DNA from: an uncultured bacterium
GTDB taxonomy: Bacteria > Verrucomicrobiota > Verrucomicrobiia > Verrucomicrobiales > DEV007
NCBI GenBank assembly: GCA_963977015.1
Contig: CAXBMO010000006.1
Location: forward strand, 160,001-224,000
Length of the DNA stretch: 64,000 nucleotides
Direction of reading: 5' to 3'
The notes under the pieces were generated by a model, which saw only the letters and a list, made by a program, of their open reading frames with translations, searched no databases and was not told the origin of the DNA. The translations under genes and the position numbers were made by a program. Shown one piece after another: positions 57,254 to 64,000 of this stretch (position 1 is its first letter; every line of letters begins with the position of its first letter).

Positions 57254-57355
57254 CGGAGGCCGAATTTTTTCGCGCCTTGAGCGGGACACAAAAGTTGCCC
57301 GGGAATCATGCCTGCCCGGTTGCGTTTCGTGCGGAAGTAGGTCTATCCTCTGGTC

Positions 57356-58618
57356 ATGCCCAATTCCCGGTCGCTTCAAATCGCCTGCTGCGTCGCAATC
57401 CTTGGTTCCGGGATAGGTCCGGCGGCTGCTGATGATCTTGATTTCGCGGAATTGACCGCTCCGGAACATGATTACTGGAACCGGCCTCTCAACGACCCTT
57501 TCACCAAGCTCAAAGAGGATCTCCAGGCAGGGCGGTTGAATCTCGATACCAGCAGCGAAAAGGCTTACCTTCTGAGTTTGTTGGCAGAACTCAAAATCCC
57601 GGTTTCGACTCAGATGCTGGTCTTTTCCACGACCAGTCTGCAACTCAGGCTGATTTCACCACGAAGCCCGCGGGCGTTGTATTTTAACGAAGACCTTTAC
57701 CTGGGTTATGTTCCGGGCGGAAAGATTGAGATTGTATCGCTTGATCCCCAGATTGGCGGAATCTTTTATATCTTCGATATCCCGCGAGGCAATCGCCCTC
57801 CGGTCGTGGAACGCTCGAGCCGTTGCATGAATTGCCATTCCGATGATGATACCCGTCAAGTGCCGGGCATCGTTATCAAGTCCGTCATTCCCGGTTCACG
57901 CGGGGGAAGTCTGGACTCCTTTCGCCGCAGCCAAACCGGCCACCAGATTCCGTGGGAAGATCGCTTTGGCGGTTGGCACGTGACCGGCAAACACGGAATC
58001 GAGAAGCATTGGGGCAACCAGATTGGTCAATTTTCGCCGGAGGGAATCGTCACGACGGAAATTCCTCCCGGCACGGAATTTGACTGGTCTGTCTATCCGG
58101 TGAAGAGCAGCGACATTCTCGCTCATTTGCTGCACGAACATCAGGCGGGATTTGTCAATCGGGCGGTGGAGCTGCAATATCGGACCCGGTCTTATCTTCA
58201 GGAGGGTGGGGGCCGCCTGCAACCCGAACGCCGGGAACAGATCCTGGAGCACAGTCAGGCACTGGTGCGCTACCTGCTATTTGCGGACGAGACGCCATTC
58301 CCGAGCGGTGGGATCGATGGAGCCGTTGAACTCAAGGAGGCGTTTCTCGCGACGCGGCGAATGACCCAGGAAGGCCTGTCTCTCAAAGACTTCAATCTGG
58401 AAACTCGGATGTTTCAGTTTCGCTGCAGCTATATGATTTACAGTTCGATTTTCCAGGGGCTGCCAGAGGGATTGCGGCAACAGATCTACCGCCTCATGGT
58501 GGCTGCCCTTGATCCTGAGAAAGCCGGCCCTGCTTACGATTACCTGCCAACGCAGGAAAAAGGGGCGATCTTAAAAATTCTTCGGGAAACCATTCCCGAG
58601 TTCCCGGGATCTTCGTAA
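57356..58618 (+). CDS. Exported hypothetical protein with single CxxCH
   Basis: Signal peptide, Q.LVFS.TSLQ...ISP..PRALYFNED.YLGYVPG, CMNCH, RFGGWHVTG, SLKDFNL..R.F..RCSYMIY. Confidence 0.8.
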   Translation: MPNSRSLQIACCVAILGSGIGPAAADDLDFAELTAPEHDYWNRPLNDPFTKLKEDLQAGRLNLDTSSEKAYLLSLLAELKIPVSTQMLVFSTTSLQLRLISPRSPRALYFNEDLYLGYVPGGKIEIVSLDPQIGGIFYIFDIPRGNRPPVVERSSRCMNCHSDDDTRQVPGIVIKSVIPGSRGGSLDSFRRSQTGHQIPWEDRFGGWHVTGKHGIEKHWGNQIGQFSPEGIVTTEIPPGTEFDWSVYPVKSSDILAHLLHEHQAGFVNRAVELQYRTRSYLQEGGGRLQPERREQILEHSQALVRYLLFADETPFPSGGIDGAVELKEAFLATRRMTQEGLSLKDFNLETRMFQFRCSYMIYSSIFQGLPEGLRQQIYRLMVAALDPEKAGPAYDYLPTQEKGAILKILRETIPEFPGSS

Positions 58619-58640
58619 ACCTGCATCCGTTGAGTACATC

Positions 58641-58672
58641 AAAAAGACGTCCCCACGACCGCAGGGACGTCT
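58641..58672 (-). terminator. Rho-independent terminator after rhodanese gene
   Basis: AGACGTCCC/GGGACGTCT 9-bp stem followed on the minus strand by a T run. Lies between convergent genes. Confidence 0.65.
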
Positions 58673-58712
58673 AAATGATCAAAGCTGATTCCGCCGATAA
58701 AAGCGGATTAAC

Positions 58713-59108
58713 TCAGCCTTTGCTGTCGACCTTTTCAGTCGGCTTACCAGCTTGTAGCCAACCGGAAATTCCAGCCGAGAGGTGTTTGACGTTGGTGAAG
58801 CCGAGAGCTTCGGCAGCCTTGGCGCCAGCTTGATAGGCACTGCAGGAAGGACCGCCGCAATAGGCAACCACGAGCTTGTCTTTGTCGTCGCCGAGTTTTG
58901 ACGCAAGCGCATCTTTGGTGGCACGGTAGTCAATGGCGCCTGGAATGTGGCCTTTGGCGAATGAGCCGGATCCGTTGACATCAAGGATGACGACTTCTTT
59001 CTTGGCGATGGCTTCTTCCAGTTCGCTGATGCTGATGTCGGGATATTCACCGGCAAAAGCTGCAGTTGCAAACACGGCACAAGCCAGGGTGGCGAGGAGT
59101 TGTTTCAT
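58713..59108 (-). CDS. Exported rhodanese-like domain protein
   Basis: Signal peptide (AFA), ILDVN....F..GHIPGAI, VAYCGGPSC, GF.NV.HLSAGISGW. Confidence 0.9.
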   Translation of the reverse strand: MKQLLATLACAVFATAAFAGEYPDISISELEEAIAKKEVVILDVNGSGSFAKGHIPGAIDYRATKDALASKLGDDKDKLVVAYCGGPSCSAYQAGAKAAEALGFTNVKHLSAGISGWLQAGKPTEKVDSKG

Positions 59109-59259
59109 TTAAGGATAGTAGGTAGTTGGTTTGTATTTTTTGTTGGAGGTGAGATCCGCACCCGCGGGCCTCACCGGGATTGAACCCGGTTCTGGGAACC
59201 GGATTCAAAAGTAGCACGGGCGACTATGCCCAAAGTTATCAGGAACGGGGAGGGAACGC

Positions 59260-59763
59260 TCAGTTGGCGTTCGCTGCGGCGATGGCGTCTTGAGCCTGGC
59301 TGGCCGGTTTCGCGCTAAGATCGCGCCAGATCACTTTGCCGTCCCGAATCAGAAAACTTTGTCGGGACGCCAATCCTGGTCCCCGGGTTGGAACGCCAAA
59401 GGCTTCGATGACCTTGCCCTCTTTGTCCGCGAGAAGCGTAAAGGGAAGACTGAACTTGTCCGAAAACAGTTTTTGGTCGGTTACGGTGTCCGCACTCACG
59501 CCAAACACCTTGATTCCCGCCTTGGAAACGGCTTCGAACTCATCCCGAAGGTTGCAGGCCTGCTTGGTGCATCCGGGAGTGTCAGCCTTTGGATAAAAGT
59601 AGACCAGCGAGGTTCCCTCGGCCAATGCTTCGCCGAGATTGACCTCTGCGCCATTTTGATCGGTGGTTACTAATTGGGGGGCGCTGTCGCCGACATTCAG
59701 TGGCTCCGCCTGCAGGGCTGTAACTGATAGAATTGCGAGAAGAGAGAGGATTGGAATACGCAT
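59260..59763 (-). CDS. bcp: Peroxiredoxin (BCP/PrxQ) with signal peptide
   Basis: ATG at 59763, LNVGD.AP, YFYPKADTPGCTKQAC.LRD, GVSAD, LPFTLLAD, RQSFLI. Confidence 0.9.
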   Translation of the reverse strand: MRIPILSLLAILSVTALQAEPLNVGDSAPQLVTTDQNGAEVNLGEALAEGTSLVYFYPKADTPGCTKQACNLRDEFEAVSKAGIKVFGVSADTVTDQKLFSDKFSLPFTLLADKEGKVIEAFGVPTRGPGLASRQSFLIRDGKVIWRDLSAKPASQAQDAIAAANAN

Positions 59764-59970
59764 GGGATGGGTTTTTTTCGTGTGGGTAGTAGTCACCAAG
59801 GTTAGTATGACTTGGCTTCAATTTCCTTTCACCTGATCTCGACGCATTGGACAGGGTTTTTGTGATCTCGAGCGCGAAGATTGGTCGGCGTCACCGTGGC
59901 CCGTTCGTGAAAGTTTTGCTTTCGAGACGCGTGATAAAGCAAGACTATTCTGCAAAATAAAAAAGCACAG

Positions 59971-60309
59971 ATGCACCACACTCCAGGACATAGCCCAGTG
60001 ACTCTGGCTGATTGCAAGATAACAACCTACGAGGACGGGCCCCTGTGCGTTGACGTAAGATTCGAGACGATGGCGGAACTTGATGGTCTTATCGAGGCAC
60101 TTTCGCTTCTGCGTGATGCGACAGATTTTGACCATGTGCATTTACAGGATGACCCGAAGGTAGGAAGTCCGTCGGTGGCTGACACTGAGATCATCTTCCA
60201 CATGCCGGGCTCTTGCTTTGATTCCACGCGAAGCGATATGATTGCTCATGCTGAGCGGCGCATCAAATCCAGCATGAATCAGAAGCAAGTCGGCGCATAC
60301 AACCCCTGA
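59971..60309 (+). CDS. Hypothetical protein, cassette-like context
   Basis: 112-aa ORF after an A-rich leader. Stop codon lies inside the following inverted-repeat element. Confidence 0.6.
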   Translation: MHHTPGHSPVTLADCKITTYEDGPLCVDVRFETMAELDGLIEALSLLRDATDFDHVHLQDDPKVGSPSVADTEIIFHMPGSCFDSTRSDMIAHAERRIKSSMNQKQVGAYNP

Positions 60310-60405
60310 CCCGCCCTGAGTCCGATAATCATTGGCAGCATAACCCCTCAACCCGCAGTCGAAAGCGCGCTCCTGGTCAGGGGTGCATGGCCTTTGACGA
60401 TGAAC
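60279..60405 (+). repeat. Degenerate attC-like inverted-repeat element
   Basis: Perfect ACCCCTGACC (60302-60311)/GGTCAGGGGT (60375-60384) arms extendable with bulges. Bridges one ORF's stop and the next ATG. Confidence 0.45.
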
Positions 60406-61524
60406 CCCCGTGCACAAACCGCAGTGAGAATCCTTGGGATCTTCCTGACGATTGCCATTTTTGCGCCAACGGGAGAGTGCGTTGCTCAGGATCGGGATGA
60501 ATTTGAACGAGCGCAGGTAATTGCCAAACGAAAGCGAGCCGGAGAGTCTCTATCCGCTGCTGACGCGGCTTTGATGAGCAAATACGTGCAGCGTGGATGG
60601 ATTTCCGATATGGATCCGACCCGCACATCGACGGGGATGATCCCGTTGTGTGACATGACCGCCACCGATCGCTATCAGGGTGAGGACGGCGGCCTCTACG
60701 GGCGCGGGTTGAACGAGCCGGATGCAGCGCATCAGGGCCTGATCGACAAATCCCTCAGCGAGGTGGTTCCCCGGGCTCCCGATGGTGAGCCATCGCGCAA
60801 CGGCAAGGTCGTGATGATCTCTGTGGGGATGTCGAACACGAGCCGCGAGTTTGGCCCCTTCATCCAGGTTGCCAACCGCGACGATCGCAAGTCACCCGAT
60901 GTCGTTCTCGTCAACTGCGCTCAAGGCTCGAGAGCGGCCCGGCAGTGGGTCGAGATGGAAGACGTATGGCAGGGATTGGAAAGGAACCTTGCGCGAAATC
61001 AAGTGACGACCCGTCAGGTCCAGGTGGCTTGGGTAAAACTCACCGAAATGGGGCCGTCAAAGTATGGGGCGTTTCCGCAACACGCAGAATATTTCAAAGG
61101 CAATGTCGTCAAGATCCTGCAACGCCTGAAACAGACCTGCCCGAATCTCGGAATCGTCTATTTTTCGACCCGGGTTTATGCCGGTTATGCGGTGGGTGAT
61201 CGCTCTCTGAACCCCGAGCCCTACGCCTACGAGAATGCCTTTTCCATCCGCTGGTTGATTCGCGATCAATTGAAAGGCGATCCCGAGCTGAACCCTCACT
61301 CCAGCAACGGCCCGGTCAAGGCGCCGCTGCTCCTGTGGGGGCCCTATCTTTGGTGTGATGGAATGAAACCGCGCAGTGATGGGTTGGTGTGGCCCCCGGA
61401 GTATCTCGATTTCGACGGAGTTCATCCGAGCGAAAGCGGCAAGGCAAAAATTGCCGAGCTGTTGATCGACTTCTTCGCGACAAACCAGAACGCGAAGCCT
61501 TGGTTCACCGGGGCGGCACGATAA
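60400..61524 (+). CDS. Exported hypothetical protein, SGNH-hydrolase-like
   Basis: Signal peptide, SVGMSNT (GxS block I-like), NCAQG, DGVHPS..G (DxxH block V-like). Confidence 0.7.
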   Translation: MNPRAQTAVRILGIFLTIAIFAPTGECVAQDRDEFERAQVIAKRKRAGESLSAADAALMSKYVQRGWISDMDPTRTSTGMIPLCDMTATDRYQGEDGGLYGRGLNEPDAAHQGLIDKSLSEVVPRAPDGEPSRNGKVVMISVGMSNTSREFGPFIQVANRDDRKSPDVVLVNCAQGSRAARQWVEMEDVWQGLERNLARNQVTTRQVQVAWVKLTEMGPSKYGAFPQHAEYFKGNVVKILQRLKQTCPNLGIVYFSTRVYAGYAVGDRSLNPEPYAYENAFSIRWLIRDQLKGDPELNPHSSNGPVKAPLLLWGPYLWCDGMKPRSDGLVWPPEYLDFDGVHPSESGKAKIAELLIDFFATNQNAKPWFTGAAR

Positions 61525-61530
61525 ACCACG

Positions 61531-61614
61531 GCAGAACCCGGCCTCTGATAGAGTGGCTTCACCGCTCAAACGGACATTTGTGGAGAATTCCGTTCTTGGC
61601 ACCGAGTGTTCTGC
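61531..61614. repeat. Intergenic multi-stem element closed by GCAGAAC/GTTCTGC
   Basis: Outer perfect 7-bp inverted repeat, inner hairpins GAGTGG..CCGCTC and AACGGA..TCCGTT. Confidence 0.4.
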
Positions 61615-61631
61615 TGTTAGTGGTAAGGTTA

Positions 61632-64000
61632 ATGAAAGATTCGACTTCTTCTCCAGGCGGTTCGGGGCCGGTTGCCGTTATTGCCGTCCATGGAGTGGCG
61701 GATCAATCCAAGGATGAAACCGCGGTGACCGCCGCCAACCTGCTCCTCTACGCGGATAATTTGGGCGAAGATGGCGAGGATTGTTCCAAGGCGCACTATG
61801 CGGGTTTCGAGCAAGAGAAGATCCGGGTTGCGGTTGAACCGTTGGATGTTTCGGGAATGGGCGACGAGACTTCCTGGCAGAGCCAACTGCGCGATCACCT
61901 GATTGATTACTCGGGTGAAGGGACCAAAGGTTCCTACGAAACGGTGAGAATGGAGGGCCATCGCTACACCAAAACGTCGAACAACGCGGCACCGAAATTG
62001 GATCGAGGCGTGCATGTTTATGAGATGCATTGGGCGGATGTGAGCCGGCTCAAAATCGGGTTCCTCAATATTTTGGTAGCGCTCTATCGACTGTTGTTTG
62101 AGGCATCGTGGCTGGGGCAGCAGACGATTGGTCCGTGGGCGTCGTCCGCCAAGGACGTGGGGCGATTCAGCTATTTCACATCGTTTCGCGGCCTGATGCT
62201 GCTGCTCCATACCATTGCCCGGGTGATCTTGACCCGGTTTATGCTGCCCATTTACCTGATCATGATCGCGATGTTGACGTTGACGGCGATCCCGGTGGTG
62301 GAGACGGATTGGGCCCAGCGAATGCTGGGGGGATTGGGAGGATACGCAGGGCTTCTGGCACTCTTTACGGTGGCCATCGTGGCAGTGGTCCTGGTGCTGA
62401 CGGCGTCGCACTTCTGGCAGAGCATCCCGTGGCCTCCCGTTTTTGTGCTGGTGGCGATCTTGAGCTTTTTCGCCTGGATTTTTGTGTTTGCCGCGCTTCA
62501 GATCGAAGGTGAATTTGGCACCTGGTGGGCGGAATCCGGAGTGGCGTTGGTGCTCTGGGGCGTGATCTGCCTGCTGATTTACTTTCTGCTTGTCCCGGCA
62601 CTCAACAATCGCTACCCGGGGAGTCGGCTTGTGGTCTGCCTGCTGCTCACCTACTTTACGGCCGGATTGATCCTGGGGCTGATGCGGGAAACGGAGTGGC
62701 CTCTGGCGATGAGCGCCTCGTTGTTCGCCCTGAGACTGGGGTTTGCTCTCATCCCGATTCTCTGGATCATTCTGGCGACGTCGGCCAATCTCTTTTTCGT
62801 CCTGGCAGTCATCGAATTGATCTCGCTGAGACTGAGACCGTGGAAGGACAAGGAAGTTCTCCGGAGAAAACGAGCCCGCCTCCACACCGCGATGATTTCC
62901 CTCGCGCTTCCGGTGCTCCTCATCAGTTTCTTCAACTCGACCTTTTTCCTGCTCGCGTTGTTTCCGGTCAAATCCGGACTGGTGGATGGAGCGGTGCCGA
63001 TTCCCGGCCGCACCGGCGATGCCCCGGCTCAAATTGCCACCGTCGCCAATTTTGTGGAAGCCCACATCGAACCTTTCGCAGACAGGTTCGCCAATCTCCC
63101 GAATTTCCGGAGATGGACCGAAGAGAACCATGGCCAAGACGCGGTCTTCTCGGAATATGTGAATTCGGCCTCAGCGAAAATGGTGATTCCGTTTCTCGAG
63201 GCGATTTTCATGGTCGTCTTGCTGGTGTTGGGCTATTCCGCCTGGACTCTGGCGCCGGCTGCTTTGGCGGAATCTGCTCGCTGGACGACGAAGGACGATC
63301 CTGATCGGTGGGATTCCGTTTCCCAGTCGTTGGGAAAGAACCTGTCCCGAGGTTATAGCTGGTTGTGGGCAGGTCAGGTGGTGCTGATTGGCTGCCTGTT
63401 CGCGACTCAGGTGCTGTTTGTTTACCGGAGCATCCGGTCCAAAGCCGACCTTGAAGTAGAAACGCGTCCGTTTGCGGTCCTCTTTGATCAATTTCTCGGT
63501 CTGACATCCTTCACTGAAAGCGTGGATGATCTGGAGATTGTCGCTGCGACTGCCAATATTCCTGATTCTGGCGGAGTTGCCGCCGCCGCCGAGGGGAGAA
63601 TTGAGCTTCCCGAACCGGTCGCTTCTCCGTCTCCGCGTCCCGAACCAACGAGACGCATCGAGCGAATCCAGCCGGTCAATCCTCGGCAATCGCCGATACA
63701 GTCTCAGGTTCAGCAAGCGGCTCCCATTCAACAACAGAGGATCGATGCGTTGGCCTACCCGGAGCAGAAGCTCTACCTGAAACGGGCCAAGATCGGGAAC
63801 ATTGAGCGTCAGGAAACCCGGGAACGCATTGAGGAAATCCTTCAGCAACACGAAGAGGAGATCCAGAAAAAGAAGGGATCTCCAACCAAGGGGGACGCGC
63901 CCAATGATCGCCCTCCGAATGCGGCGCCCGGAGCCAACGATGCGCCGGATGCTCCGGCCGCTGACGAACTCGGAATGGCGGAAAAGTTGAAAGTGAAGAC
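61632..64000 (+). CDS. Large polytopic membrane protein, partial (runs off window; absent from ORF track)
   Basis: Manual translation from ATG 61632 is open to the window end: MKDSTSSPGGSGPVAVIAVHGVADQ...VYEMHWAD, roughly 10 hydrophobic segments, then a Pro/Gln-rich region. Confidence 0.8.
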   Translation, partial: MKDSTSSPGGSGPVAVIAVHGVADQSKDETAVTAANLLLYADNLGEDGEDCSKAHYAGFEQEKIRVAVEPLDVSGMGDETSWQSQLRDHLIDYSGEGTKGSYETVRMEGHRYTKTSNNAAPKLDRGVHVYEMHWADVSRLKIGFLNILVALYRLLFEASWLGQQTIGPWASSAKDVGRFSYFTSFRGLMLLLHTIARVILTRFMLPIYLIMIAMLTLTAIPVVETDWAQRMLGGLGGYAGLLALFTVAIVAVVLVLTASHFWQSIPWPPVFVLVAILSFFAWIFVFAALQIEGEFGTWWAESGVALVLWGVICLLIYFLLVPALNNRYPGSRLVVCLLLTYFTAGLILGLMRETEWPLAMSASLFALRLGFALIPILWIILATSANLFFVLAVIELISLRLRPWKDKEVLRRKRARLHTAMISLALPVLLISFFNSTFFLLALFPVKSGLVDGAVPIPGRTGDAPAQIATVANFVEAHIEPFADRFANLPNFRRWTEENHGQDAVFSEYVNSASAKMVIPFLEAIFMVVLLVLGYSAWTLAPAALAESARWTTKDDPDRWDSVSQSLGKNLSRGYSWLWAGQVVLIGCLFATQVLFVYRSIRSKADLEVETRPFAVLFDQFLGLTSFTESVDDLEIVAATANIPDSGGVAAAAEGRIELPEPVASPSPRPEPTRRIERIQPVNPRQSPIQSQVQQAAPIQQQRIDALAYPEQKLYLKRAKIGNIERQETRERIEEILQQHEEEIQKKKGSPTKGDAPNDRPPNAAPGANDAPDAPAADELGMAEKLKVK

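Noticed and set aside
61629-63851. Track ORFs 61629-63137(-), 62525-63304(+) and 63171-63851(-)
   Set aside because: They overlap the continuous plus-strand frame from 61632, which has protein-like composition.

Overview
Gene-dense bacterial chromosomal window. Gene content (DUF1552/1592/1549/1501 proteins, ECF plus Ser/Thr kinase pair, ACIII-oxidase operon) points to the PVC superphylum, probably Verrucomicrobiota (inference). 1-15 kb is one respiratory operon: alternative complex III (end of actB, actC-G), a CcoN-like protein lacking all six heme/Cu histidine ligands, CcoO, a monoheme cytochrome c, an A-family aa3 oxidase (subunits I, III, IV, two small ORFs, II) and ctaA/ctaB. 15-48 kb holds a GNAT, an SNF2 helicase, a TetR-controlled RND pump, an ECF sigma factor with a kinase-WD40 protein, a spermidine-synthase-like membrane protein, a LuxR-HTH gene with a two-partner secretion pair, and two PVC DUF clusters. 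48.8-56.5 kb is a stress-type gene cluster (dodecin, aconitase, PA2169-like, FumC, PRC-barrel, receiver protein, site-2 protease) with four sigma54-type promoters and eight copies of a TTGCR-N3-YGCAA palindrome. The last 7 kb include exported rhodanese and peroxiredoxin genes, attC-like remnants and a long membrane-protein ORF running off the window. The two best leads are (i) the ligand-less CcoN-CcoO-cytochrome c module between ACIII and an aa3 oxidase that lacks the K-channel lysine, and (ii) a putative sigma54/enhancer-controlled general-stress regulon. No rRNA, tRNA, CRISPR array, transposase or integrase was recognised. All calls come from motifs read by eye; no database searches were run.
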